Of a DNA stretch of 64,000 bases, positions 1-9,068 are shown piece by piece. Both the position numbers and the translations under genes were made by a program. The stretch comes from Bacteroidota bacterium. GTDB taxonomy: Bacteria > Bacteroidota > Bacteroidia > AKYH767-A > OLB10. Below the pieces are notes generated by a model, which did not search any database, had not been told where the DNA came from, and saw nothing but the letters and a program-made list of their open reading frames with translations. The number at the start of each line of letters is the position of its first letter. The first letter of the stretch is position 1. The stretch is from the NCBI GenBank assembly GCA_963169675.1, contig CAUJFJ010000009.1, forward strand, positions 256 through 64,255. Reading direction: 5' to 3'.

Positions 1-404
1 GTTTGATTTTTATGAACGATTCCAATGGCACCTTTATTCTGACTTACAAATTCGACCAGCTCTTTTTCTGTGTTGAAAAACACCGGAGCTTTGGCTTTCC
101 CCTGAAATACCAATGAAAGCCAATGTTTGTTCAATTGATCGCCACTCATTCCTAGCACTTTTTTAGAGGCCTCACTACCTGTAGGTGTTGAGGTTTTCAT
201 GAAGGCAATGACAATTTTAGTTCCATCTTTCCACCATTGCTTTTCACCTTTGAAAATTTTGATGACTTCAGCTTCTGTAATAGTTTCCGGTGCTCCTTTC
301 TCATTAGCAACCACAGCAAGTTTGCTATCCTGGGCCAATGCTATGGATGCACTTCCAAGTATTGTAAATAACAGTACTAAACAGGTATATATTTTCGTTT
401 TCAT
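1..404 (-). CDS. Periplasmic PstS/PBP-like substrate-binding protein, N-terminal 134 codons; the gene continues past the window start
   Basis: Reverse-strand ORF with ATG at 404, running off the window edge so it is absent from the ORF track. It begins with a signal peptide (MKTKIYTCLVLLFTILGSASIALAQ). The following KIFKGEKQWWKDG...SGT...AIGIV pattern resembles PstS-type phosphate-binding proteins. The overlapping + ORF 199..447 is therefore judged spurious. Confidence 0.45.
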   Translation of the reverse strand, partial: MKTKIYTCLVLLFTILGSASIALAQDSKLAVVANEKGAPETITEAEVIKIFKGEKQWWKDGTKIVIAFMKTSTPTGSEASKKVLGMSGDQLNKHWLSLVFQGKAKAPVFFNTEKELVEFVSQNKGAIGIVHKNQ

Positions 405-423
405 TGATTTCGTTTTTAAGGGC

Positions 424-1446
424 TCAGAACCCAATTGCAAATTGTAAAGTAATCATGTTAGAATCATCGCCAATTTCAGGCATCGTTTGTTGGAATTCAC
501 CTTTCAAAACTGCCAGGTAACTGAATTCATAACGAGCACCGACGATAAATGACTGCCGGGAATTTCCTCCAAACCACATATCTTTTCCATCGTAATCAAC
601 CAGATCATATCGCACATAAGGGATTATTTTGGGTGTTACCCGATAGCCTGCATGTACATAACTACCGAATGAACTGTAAGAGCCTGTTGAATCGAAATCA
701 TTTGTAACCATACTTCCTTCAGACAGTAGTTCCAGATTGTTTTTGAAATACGACAAGGAACCTGAATAAATCATTTGTGTAAATGCCGGAAGATCGTCCC
801 CTGTTGAATGAGAACCATGATGACCTTCAACTCCTGCAGAAACTTTATCATAATAGAAAGATGCACCTGCACGGAAACCATCGAAAGGCTTTATGTGAAC
901 AGCCGCAGTAATTGATTTGTTATCGTCGTTATCAGCTAAATCACCGGAACCAATTCCATTCCCGACCATTACATCATAACCGAAATTCAGTTTGGTGAGA
1001 TTAAGACCCTGGATACTGATACCGGTTGTATGCAATGGAATCATAAAATCCTGAAAAAGTAAAGGCCTGTATATGTTGGGAAAAAATACACGACCATGAT
1101 GGTAAGAGTCGTTCCAGTAATTGATCGGAGTGTGATGTTTCCCCAATAGCAAGTAGTGATTACCTTTTATATTATATCTGATAACAATTCGTTCAACACT
1201 CAAGCTGAAATTTGTGCCTGATTCTGCGTCGAATTTGAAAACCGTTTCACCAAGAAACGATATTTTATCGTTCAATTCAGAAGTGATGAATAGATCCTGT
1301 TCTCCGAAAGCAAAGTTGAGTTTGTCATCTTTATAAAAACTGAGAACATCAACGAAGCCCATTATTTTGGTGTCCTGGGCGGGACAAATTTTTCCTGTTA
1401 ACAGGAGTGTCAGCATTATAGCTGTAGCAAGTTTAAGGTATTTCAT
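424..1446 (-). CDS. Outer-membrane beta-barrel porin, possibly phosphate-selective OprO/P-like
   Basis: N-terminal signal peptide, alternating beta-strand composition and a C-terminal Phe. It lies 17 bp upstream of the PstS-like gene and downstream of a response regulator on the same strand. Confidence 0.45.
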   Translation of the reverse strand: MKYLKLATAIMLTLLLTGKICPAQDTKIMGFVDVLSFYKDDKLNFAFGEQDLFITSELNDKISFLGETVFKFDAESGTNFSLSVERIVIRYNIKGNHYLLLGKHHTPINYWNDSYHHGRVFFPNIYRPLLFQDFMIPLHTTGISIQGLNLTKLNFGYDVMVGNGIGSGDLADNDDNKSITAAVHIKPFDGFRAGASFYYDKVSAGVEGHHGSHSTGDDLPAFTQMIYSGSLSYFKNNLELLSEGSMVTNDFDSTGSYSSFGSYVHAGYRVTPKIIPYVRYDLVDYDGKDMWFGGNSRQSFIVGARYEFSYLAVLKGEFQQTMPEIGDDSNMITLQFAIGF

Positions 1447-1465
1447 TGGTAAGTGATGTGAGCAA

Positions 1466-1864
1466 TTAATTTAAATATTGGTCAGGATTTAACATGGTGA
1501 TTCGCTGTTTCAGTAAATTAAAATCAACAGGTTTTGTAATCAAATCATCAGCCCCATATCCTATAGCTGTCTGATGATTGGCAGCATCACCATAAGCAGT
1601 TACCATGATGACCTTCAAGTCGGGGAAGTCTGTTTTGATTAACTTGAGTAATTCCAAACCATTCATACCGGGCATGTTTATGTCTGATAACACCAAAACA
1701 ACATCCAACGGCTGTAATGTTTTCAAGTAAGCTAAAGCAGCTTCCGCAGAAAAGGCAAAATGAAAATTGAATTGAGAGTCACGCAGCTCTTTTCGGAATT
1801 TCTGTCGGAACAGAATTTCTACATCCTGTTCATCATCAACAATTAAAATTTTAATAGGATACAT
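1466..1864 (-). CDS. Single-domain response regulator (CheY-like receiver)
   Basis: ILIVDDEQD acidic pocket, a phospho-acceptor Asp in LVLSDINMPGMNG and a conserved Lys in KVIMVTAYGD. At 132 aa it is receiver-only. Confidence 0.75.
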   Translation of the reverse strand: MYPIKILIVDDEQDVEILFRQKFRKELRDSQFNFHFAFSAEAALAYLKTLQPLDVVLVLSDINMPGMNGLELLKLIKTDFPDLKVIMVTAYGDAANHQTAIGYGADDLITKPVDFNLLKQRITMLNPDQYLN

Positions 1865-2008
1865 GGTAGAAGGGGGGGTAAATGAGTTAATTAGTCACAA
1901 TAATACAAATTTATTTAACATTTGAATCAATTTCACTGATTAATTCATTTGTTGCTTGCAAATGTACAATGTTTAAATATTCTGTAATTTTACACATTAT
2001 TAATTTCG

Positions 2009-2878
2009 ATGGACAGGCGACTATTTGTTAAAAACATTGGACTAACTGCTTTAGCTATGAGTGGCACGCGTGAATTATTAAAAGGATTGGCTGAATTTCC
2101 TGAACAGAGCGATATCCTTCCGGCGTTGTTTATTGGACATGGGAGTCCGATGAATGCTATTGAAAACAACGAATTTAGCAGTAATTGGGCTGCTATTGGG
2201 AAGCAATTGCCCAAACCCAAAGCGATTTTATGTATCTCGGCACATTGGGAAACAAAAGGTACCCGTGTAACTGCAGTAGCAAGTCCTAAAACCATACATG
2301 ATTTCGGTGGATTTCCGCAGGCCCTCTTCGATATGCAATATCCCGCTCCCGGTGCTCCTGATTATGCTAAAATGACCATTGATGAAGTTAAAAAAGTGCA
2401 TGTTGAACCCGACTATGAATGGGGTCTCGATCATGGCAGCTGGTCGGTTTTGTGCCGCATGTTTCCATTGGCAAATGTGCCCGTTTTTCAGTTGAGTCTC
2501 GATTATACGAAGCCACCCCAATACCATTATGACCTTGCAAAGGAACTGCAGGCGCTTCGCAAAAAAGGAGTTTTAATTATCGGAAGTGGGAATATTGTTC
2601 ACAACCTGAGATTGATACGCTTCGATAATCCCGCTGCATTTGACTGGGCTCAGGAATTCGATTCGAAAATAAAACAGCTCATTACTTCCGGTAGCCATGA
2701 TTCCATTATTCATTATGAAAAAATGGGCACCATGGCTAATCTTTCTGTTCCCTCAAATGAACATTATTTGCCATTGCTTTACATTCTTGCGTTGCAACAA
2801 AAAAATGAATCCGTTACCTTCTTCAATGAAAAAACTATGATGGGTTCAATATCTATGAGATCGTTGAAAGTTGGATAA
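2009..2878 (+). CDS. Class III extradiol dioxygenase, 4,5-DOPA dioxygenase (YgiD/LigB family)
   Basis: HGSPMNAIE and ISAHWETKGT motifs, and length and pattern typical of YgiD. The N-terminus looks like a Tat/Sec signal. Confidence 0.7.
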   Translation: MDRRLFVKNIGLTALAMSGTRELLKGLAEFPEQSDILPALFIGHGSPMNAIENNEFSSNWAAIGKQLPKPKAILCISAHWETKGTRVTAVASPKTIHDFGGFPQALFDMQYPAPGAPDYAKMTIDEVKKVHVEPDYEWGLDHGSWSVLCRMFPLANVPVFQLSLDYTKPPQYHYDLAKELQALRKKGVLIIGSGNIVHNLRLIRFDNPAAFDWAQEFDSKIKQLITSGSHDSIIHYEKMGTMANLSVPSNEHYLPLLYILALQQKNESVTFFNEKTMMGSISMRSLKVG

Positions 2879-2958
2879 TAGATTTGTTCAGTAAGATTTC
2901 TGAAAAGTTGATTTGCAATTGGCTTCCCTTTCCAATGAACCGGTTAACCAATGTTGCA

Positions 2959-3534
2959 TCAGCTTTTATAAAAGTTCATTTCATCCAGATAGTTATAAAC
3001 GGATTCAGGTAACATAAACCGCACATCTTTTTTTGCTTTGATTGCATTTCTGATGAATGTGGAAGATAGTTCCATCAGTGGCGCGTCAATGAGTTTTACT
3101 TTTGGATGATCTTTCAGTTCTCCACCATCGTTTCCGGGCCGGGGATAAATATAGATCTCATGATTTTCAAGAATCTGCTCCCAGTTCTTCCATTTTTTGA
3201 AAGTTGCGAGATTGTCGCTTCCCATTATTAAAACAAACAGATCATTTGGATATTGTTCATACAAATGGGCCAGTGTGTGAATGGTATAAGAGGGTTTTGG
3301 AAGTGAAAATTCAATCTTGGATGCTTTAAGTTTTCTGTAGTCGCCAATTCCTAACCGAACCATTTCAAACCGGTGGTGATCCTGCAATAGAGAGCCTGCT
3401 ACTTTGAGGGGATTGTGCGGAGAAACAACCAGCCACACCTGATTGAGATCGCTGAACTCAGCCATGTAGGAAGCAATGACCAAATGTCCGTTGTGTATTG
3501 GATTGAACGACCCGAAGAATAGCCCTATTTTCAT
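2959..3534 (-). CDS. nadD: Nicotinate-nucleotide adenylyltransferase
   Basis: GLFFGSFNPIHNGHL (the H/TxGH nucleotidyltransferase motif) and a length of 191 aa. It overlaps gmk by 4 nt. Confidence 0.85.
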   Translation of the reverse strand: MKIGLFFGSFNPIHNGHLVIASYMAEFSDLNQVWLVVSPHNPLKVAGSLLQDHHRFEMVRLGIGDYRKLKASKIEFSLPKPSYTIHTLAHLYEQYPNDLFVLIMGSDNLATFKKWKNWEQILENHEIYIYPRPGNDGGELKDHPKVKLIDAPLMELSSTFIRNAIKAKKDVRFMLPESVYNYLDEMNFYKS

Positions 3535-4103
3535 GATGGGAGTTCTAAAAAGTTTGCTACCATTAATTCGGCTTCTCTTTTAGCAACATTAATATCCTGA
3601 TTAACGATGACATTCGAAAATCTCGAAGCGTACGTAAGTTCTAGTTCTGCTTTGCGCACGCGGGTTTCCAGCGATTCCAAAGATTCCGATGCTCTTGCAA
3701 CCAATCTTTTTCGCAGGTCTGCAATGCTGGGTGGCTGTACAAATACATCCAGCAGATTATTTCCATAGCGACCTTTTATATGCACACCACCTTCTACATC
3801 TACATCAAAAACAGCAACTTTACCAAGAGAAGCAATACGGGTTATCTCTGAACGTAAAGTTCCATAAAAACCGTTTTCATAAACCTGTTCCCATTCCAGA
3901 AACTCATCGTTTTGAATTTTGCTGTGGAATTCATCAACAGACATAAAGTAATAGTCGGCGCCATTTTGTTCATTACTTCGCATAGCACGTGTTGTAGCCG
4001 AAACAGAAAAACAAAGCTGGGGAAACGTATTCAATAAATGCTTGACCAGCGTAGTTTTTCCACTTCCCGATGGTCCGCAAAACAAAATGAGTTTCGGTTG
4101 CAT
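3531..4103 (-). CDS. gmk: Guanylate kinase
   Basis: P-loop GPSGSGKTTL and a GMP-binding region. The yicC-gmk linkage is conserved. Confidence 0.9.
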   Translation of the reverse strand: MQPKLILFCGPSGSGKTTLVKHLLNTFPQLCFSVSATTRAMRSNEQNGADYYFMSVDEFHSKIQNDEFLEWEQVYENGFYGTLRSEITRIASLGKVAVFDVDVEGGVHIKGRYGNNLLDVFVQPPSIADLRKRLVARASESLESLETRVRKAELELTYASRFSNVIVNQDINVAKREAELMVANFLELPS

Positions 4104-4106
4104 GTT

Positions 4107-4979
4107 TTAAATGATATTTGCAGATTGTTCTTTCAGTTTTTCCAGTTCATCTTTCATCCCTACCACATGTCGCTGAATCATGGCATCATTTGCCTTCGAG
4201 CCAATGGTATTAATTTCACGACCTATTTCCTGTAGAATAAAACCAAGTTTTTTACCATTTGATTCTGGTGCTTTCATGGTTTCAAGGAAAAAAGAGAGAT
4301 GAGAACGTAACCTTACTTTTTCTTCAGTGATATCTATTTTCTCTAAGTAATATATTAGTTCCTGCTCAAATCTGTTTTTATCGAGTAAGGCTGATTCTTC
4401 CAGATCTTCAAAGCTTTTAGTCAGTCTGCCTTTCAAAGTTTTAATCCTTCCCGGTTCAATTTTTTCAATTTCTTTCAGGAAATCTTTGATTGCCGCTATT
4501 CGCATTTCAAAATCTTTTTGCAGCGTTTTTCCTTCTTGCAGCCGGAAATCATTGAATTCTTTCAATGCCTTTCGGGTCAGTGTTTCAATAGCTTTCCATT
4601 CTTTTAGGTCGGCTTCCGATTTCTCTGAATTTAAAACATTGGGTAAACGCATGATGATACTGAGGTAATCATCAGAAGTTAATTTCAGTTCCTTTTTTAT
4701 GGAAGCAAAATCTTCTGCATATTGTCTGATAACTTCTTTGTTAAATGCACTTTTTCTGGCCCCGGGAGCCGGTTCAATGGTAACTATAAAATCAACTTTA
4801 CCCCGTTCAACACCTTTGCTGATTTCGTTTCGGAGTTCAAGATCTTTATCCTTGTAAACAGATGGAAGTCGCAAATTAAGTTCCAGGAATTTGCTGTTCA
4901 GTGATTTTACTTCAATGGTAATCAGATTGCTTCCCGCACTACCGGAAGCCTTTCCAAAACCGGTCATTGACCTGATCAT
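4107..4979 (-). CDS. yicC: YicC-family stress-induced protein (YicC N/C domains)
   Basis: MTGFGKA N-terminus, 290 aa, immediately upstream of gmk. Confidence 0.8.
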   Translation of the reverse strand: MIRSMTGFGKASGSAGSNLITIEVKSLNSKFLELNLRLPSVYKDKDLELRNEISKGVERGKVDFIVTIEPAPGARKSAFNKEVIRQYAEDFASIKKELKLTSDDYLSIIMRLPNVLNSEKSEADLKEWKAIETLTRKALKEFNDFRLQEGKTLQKDFEMRIAAIKDFLKEIEKIEPGRIKTLKGRLTKSFEDLEESALLDKNRFEQELIYYLEKIDITEEKVRLRSHLSFFLETMKAPESNGKKLGFILQEIGREINTIGSKANDAMIQRHVVGMKDELEKLKEQSANII

Positions 4980-5143
4980 ATGTTTTTGGTTTAAGCTTTA
5001 TTTGTCGTATTAGATTGATATACAGCTATTTAATTGATGTACCGACTAAATTATCCCGCCACAGCGGAAAAATAAGACACCATTAAATGAGGCCTGTAGG
5101 TTTTAAAATTACTTCAAATTCAATTTGATTTGTGATGGTAAAA

Positions 5144-6079
5144 TTAGTTTTTTTTCCATGACAACAATCCATTGTTGTTTTCTTTCCTGTTTACTGATGT
5201 CACCAGATAGACTCCGGAAAAGATCAGGATAGCTGCAATGAAATGGATAGGTTGCAGATGATCTTTACCAAGTGCTATTGCAAAAAATGCAGCAAATAAT
5301 GGTTGCAGATAAATATAGATGCTTACACTTGACGGACTAAGAGCCTTCAGGGCATAGGTGTTTAAAATATAGGCAACAGAAGTGGTGGCAATTACAACAT
5401 AGGCAAGAGCCCACCAGGTTTCAGATGAAAATGTTTGCCACTCAATTGCGCGGTATTCGTTCCAGCCAAAGGGGGTTACTAAAATGGTGCCGAACAAAAA
5501 CACCCACTTCATTACAGTTATGGTATCATACTTTTGCATGAGGGGTTTTACAATAATCAGAAAAATACCGAACGATAGCGAATTTACGAGAACGAATAAA
5601 TCACCTAAAGCGGTTGTCCCACCTGTCACGATTTCTTTTCCCCAGATCAACAACAAAGAAGCGCCTGCAATACCAACCAAAATACCAATGATTTTGCGAA
5701 TGGTTATTTTTTCGCGAATAAGGAGACTTGCAGCAAGTAGCACCATGATCGGATTGGTGGTCATCATCAGGGATGCATTGATTGGTGAAGTAAGATCAAG
5801 GCCTTTGAAAAAGAGTAGCTGATTTAGTGCAACTCCAAACACGGCGCAAAAAAAGAGTCTGACAAAATCTTGTTTTTCGATAGACTTCCCTTTGGAAAAA
5901 AATCCAAAAGAAATAAATATTGCAGCAGTAACGGTGACTCTAATAAAAATAAATCCGAATGCATCAATAAATTCAGGCATCACTTTTTTTGCTATCGAGT
6001 AATTGGCACCATAAATTAAATTGGCGGTCAATACTGCAAGGTGTGCCTGACGGGTAACGGATTTGATCATGAGCTGCAA
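5144..6079 (-). CDS. EamA/DMT-superfamily transporter (10 TM)
   Basis: Two EamA-like halves and hydrophobic helices throughout. Confidence 0.7.
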   Translation of the reverse strand: MQLMIKSVTRQAHLAVLTANLIYGANYSIAKKVMPEFIDAFGFIFIRVTVTAAIFISFGFFSKGKSIEKQDFVRLFFCAVFGVALNQLLFFKGLDLTSPINASLMMTTNPIMVLLAASLLIREKITIRKIIGILVGIAGASLLLIWGKEIVTGGTTALGDLFVLVNSLSFGIFLIIVKPLMQKYDTITVMKWVFLFGTILVTPFGWNEYRAIEWQTFSSETWWALAYVVIATTSVAYILNTYALKALSPSSVSIYIYLQPLFAAFFAIALGKDHLQPIHFIAAILIFSGVYLVTSVNRKENNNGLLSWKKN

Positions 6080-6094
6080 AGATAGAGGAAATAG

Positions 6095-6300
6095 AATTAA
6101 GGATTAAGGATTAAGAATTAAGGATTAAGAATTTTGTCTTCAGAACAATAATTTCGTTACTATGATAAATGATAGATGATAAATGATAGATTGACCTAGC
6201 CTGAAATAGATTGACCTAGCGTGAAATAGGTTGACTTTTATAACTTTAAATTATTTGTTAGTCAATCTTCAATAAAGTCAATTTGTAGAATATTAAATTT
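6095..6300. repeat. Repeat-rich intergenic block: (R)ATTAAG x5, (ATGATAGAT)n, a 20-bp GATTGACCTAGCNTGAAATA tandem x2.5, then a TTATTTGTTAGTCAAT...TTCAATAAA segment
   Basis: Read directly from the sequence. About 170 bp of this block is repeated at 8118..8272. Confidence 0.8.
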
Positions 6301-6541
6301 ATTTCATCCAATAAATTCTCCCTATCACCTATGACTCACTCTTTTTCCGTGGCTTTCGCTGCATATTCTGGTTCAGATAGCTATTTTGCTCGTTCAGTCA
6401 GGTTCTTTTGCCGGATTCGATTGTGAATTGCAGTTTTGCAGTCGTTAGTTGTCCATTTAAGTCCAGGTACAACTGATAATTGTCATAATAACCAATTAAT
6501 TCAATTTGCATTTTTGAGCCAACCAACTATAAAACATTGCC

Positions 6542-8128
6542 ATGAAAATCAAATCATTTTACTTCCTGCTGCTGGTTTTTACCCCATTCATAAGTTCAGC
6601 ACAGTATACCCTCGACTGGATTCAGCCTTGCGGTGATTTTAATAAAATTGCGGTGATGAGTGCTACTGATAGTCAGGATCATTTAATAGTTACCGGCTAT
6701 TTGCAGAGTTATCAGATGTTTACCCGGAAATACGATATTGACGGAAATTTTTTGTGGGAAACGGCCGATTCATCAGGAATTCAAAGTTTGTATGAAAAGC
6801 CTATTTGGGTTAACTGCGATAACAACAATAATATTTATGTAGTTGGAAAGCGATATGCAATAGGAAGTTCCTTCGAATATCCGGATGCCATAGTAGCAAT
6901 TAAGTATAGCCCTGCAGGAACGTTATTATGGCGACAAATTATACCCATCACAACTTTAATCGGATCCTCTTCTCCGGGATTTAATTTGCGGAGTGCGGTC
7001 GATTCAGATGGTAATTTATATATCGGCTCAATGGGGATAATACCTGCAGGATCCGGATTTGTTTTGGCTAAAATTTCTACTACCGGATCAATACAATATG
7101 TTAATGTTGATGCTACTGTTGTTGCCACCGGATTTACTTCAATGCGACTAAAAAATAACAGAGTAGTTATGACAGGTAGTGCCGGCACACAAGTTGCTGC
7201 CCCGGTTGCTGTGTGGGATACTTCCGGAGTTGTTGTGTGGACTGCCGTTGGAAATGGTGCAGGTGGACATGATGTTGAAACAGACGATGCGGGGAATGTG
7301 TATTTATTTACATCCTCACCGAATCAGGTTTCTTCCACTAGTTTGCAGGATATGGTTTTATATAAATACGATAATTTAGGTTCGCAAATATGGAAACGCA
7401 CTTATGATTTTAACGGGCAAGATTTCCCTACCCGAATGACACTGGTAAATAATAAAATCAGTGCCATTGGTTGGGGTACCAATGGAACCGCTTCGCCTTA
7501 TTTCGACTGGAAAACATTTCAGACGGATACATCAGGAAATATGTTGTGGAGTAACTTTTACAATGGCACCATATACAATGATGAATATCCGGCAAATCTT
7601 GTAGCTACTCCAACCGGAGAAGTCATCGTCACCGGAATCGGAGGCCCTTCTCCATTGCCATCGCAATCATTGTCTTACATTCAGCTTATAATTTTAGAAT
7701 ACAGCAATACCGGAAGTCAGGTATGGATTGATACACCAAATGTTTATGGTGGCTCGGGATTAGCATGTATGCTTGCTAGTGATAATAGTTTATTTGCAAT
7801 CAGCTATTATAACATGACAGCCTATCATTATGAATCATCGGCATTAGGAATAACCGATGAACAACTCCAAAACCCTGAAGCGATTTTTTGTTATCCGAAC
7901 CCTTCAAAAGGAACTACCATGTTGAACTTTCAGTTAGAGAAAGAACAAATGGTTTCTGTTTCAATTGTGAATGCTGTAGGAAGTCTGGTGATGTACATCC
8001 CCAATGAAAAAAGAAGTCAGGGGCATAATACTATCCCAATCGATTTATCAACATTTAAGTCTGGAGTATACTTCTGCCATTTAAAAACAGAAACCGGAAT
8101 TCAGGCAGTGAAGGCGATAAAGGATTAA
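6542..8128 (+). CDS. Secreted protein with a T9SS type-A C-terminal sorting domain, probably a beta-propeller-like body
   Basis: Signal peptide MKIKSFYFLLLVFTPFISSAQ. The C-terminal roughly 80 aa (YPNPSKGTTMLNF...GVYFCHLKTETGIQAVKAIKD) matches the Por/T9SS CTD pattern. Confidence 0.6.
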   Translation: MKIKSFYFLLLVFTPFISSAQYTLDWIQPCGDFNKIAVMSATDSQDHLIVTGYLQSYQMFTRKYDIDGNFLWETADSSGIQSLYEKPIWVNCDNNNNIYVVGKRYAIGSSFEYPDAIVAIKYSPAGTLLWRQIIPITTLIGSSSPGFNLRSAVDSDGNLYIGSMGIIPAGSGFVLAKISTTGSIQYVNVDATVVATGFTSMRLKNNRVVMTGSAGTQVAAPVAVWDTSGVVVWTAVGNGAGGHDVETDDAGNVYLFTSSPNQVSSTSLQDMVLYKYDNLGSQIWKRTYDFNGQDFPTRMTLVNNKISAIGWGTNGTASPYFDWKTFQTDTSGNMLWSNFYNGTIYNDEYPANLVATPTGEVIVTGIGGPSPLPSQSLSYIQLIILEYSNTGSQVWIDTPNVYGGSGLACMLASDNSLFAISYYNMTAYHYESSALGITDEQLQNPEAIFCYPNPSKGTTMLNFQLEKEQMVSVSIVNAVGSLVMYIPNEKRSQGHNTIPIDLSTFKSGVYFCHLKTETGIQAVKAIKD

Positions 8129-8272
8129 GGATTATGGGTTTTTTTCTTCAGAACAATAATTTCGTTTTTATGATAAATTATAGATTATAGATGATAGATT
8201 GAATGGTGTTCAGAAAGTTATTTATTCTTGTTAGTCAATATTCAATAAAATCATATTGAGAACTAGGAACCA
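8118..8272. repeat. Second copy of the roughly 170-bp repeat block (GATTAAGGATTA..CTTCAGAACAATAATTTCGTT..ATAGATGATAGATTGA..TTAGTCAATATTCAATAAA)
   Basis: Direct repeat of 6095..6300. Its 5' end overlaps the last codons of CDS 6542..8128. Confidence 0.75.
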
Positions 8273-8346
8273 CCAATTTATGCAGCCACAAAACAAATCA
8301 CATGTGAAAAACGAAATTTTGAAATTTGGTTGCAAAACACTGATCA

Positions 8347-8516
8347 CCCTTCGTAGACTCATTGCAATGCGTCTCTATAATCATTGTTTTTGAATACTAA
8401 TTGGAGACGCATTGCTATGCGTCTCTACCATAATTGTCGTTGAATACTGTCCCTTCGTAGACGCATGGCAATGCGTCTCTACAATAAACCTATCCCCTTG
8501 TAACCCTTCGACTACG
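8347..8516. repeat. Three tandem units of about 52 bp, each built round the palindrome GTAGACGCATTGCAATGCGTCTAC
   Basis: Units at 8347-8398, 8399-8450 and 8451-8490. Each has a perfect or near-perfect 24-bp inverted repeat centred on TTGCAA. Confidence 0.8.
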
Positions 8517-8543
8517 TTCAGGGCAGCGCTTGCCACCCCGAAC

Positions 8544-8608
8544 ACTGATCACTGTTCACTGATTACTGTTCACTAATTACTGTTCACTAATTACTGATCA
8601 CTGATCAC
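8544..8608. repeat. 14-bp minisatellite (TCACTRATYACTGT) in 4.5 units
   Basis: Tandem units visible directly. The array overlaps the last 5 codons of the CDS 8591..8944. It belongs to the same family as the array at 23591..23743. Confidence 0.8.
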
Positions 8609-8944
8609 TTTCATAGCGGCTACATTTTTGGGTGAGTTTCCAATGAAAATTTGATTACCTGAAACCATCACCGGTCTTTTCAAAAAGGTGTATTCTTCGA
8701 GAATATATTTGCGATAATCTTTTTCCTTTAGCTCCATTTCGTTCAAGCCCATGGAGCGGTATTTGAGGGCAACTCTGCTGAAAAGCGCCTCATAAGAACC
8801 GGCAAGTTTAGCCATTTGGTCAAGTTGAGCTGCTGTAATTGGTTCACTTTTAATATCTTGAAGCTTAAATTCGGGTCCGGCTTTTATTTCTTTAAGTATT
8901 CTTTGACAGGTGGTGCAATTGGCCAGGTGGTAAATCTTTTTCAT
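8591..8944 (-). CDS. ArsC/Spx/MgsR-family thioredoxin-fold protein (YffB-like)
   Basis: N-terminal CxxC (ANCTTCQRILKE) close to the start, 117 aa and the family-typical C-terminal region. Confidence 0.6.
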   Translation of the reverse strand: MKKIYHLANCTTCQRILKEIKAGPEFKLQDIKSEPITAAQLDQMAKLAGSYEALFSRVALKYRSMGLNEMELKEKDYRKYILEEYTFLKRPVMVSGNQIFIGNSPKNVAAMKVISDQ

Positions 8945-9068
8945 GTTGATTCTTAATAAGTTGCCTAATGGAAGTCTTTGAAAGGGTTGAATTTACAGTA
9001 TTTAAACAAATGCAGGTGGGTGAAGTTTAGGCGGAATCGTATCTTTGTTAATCTAAAATTCAAGGCTC

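Noticed and set aside
199-447. Plus-strand ORF of 82 aa
   Set aside because: It is antisense to a better-supported minus-strand gene (signal peptide plus PstS-like sequence) that runs off the window edge.
1990-2527. Minus-strand ORFs 1990..2295 and 2228..2527
   Set aside because: They are fully antisense to the well-supported ygiD-like dioxygenase and have a junk-like composition.
6835-7379. Antisense or nested ORFs inside large cargo genes (for example 6835..7188-, 36784..37116-, 44203..44580-, 55507..55758+, 57730..58056-)
   Set aside because: They are embedded in or opposite to long well-supported CDS, have no independent signals, and are expected by chance in AT-rich long genes.
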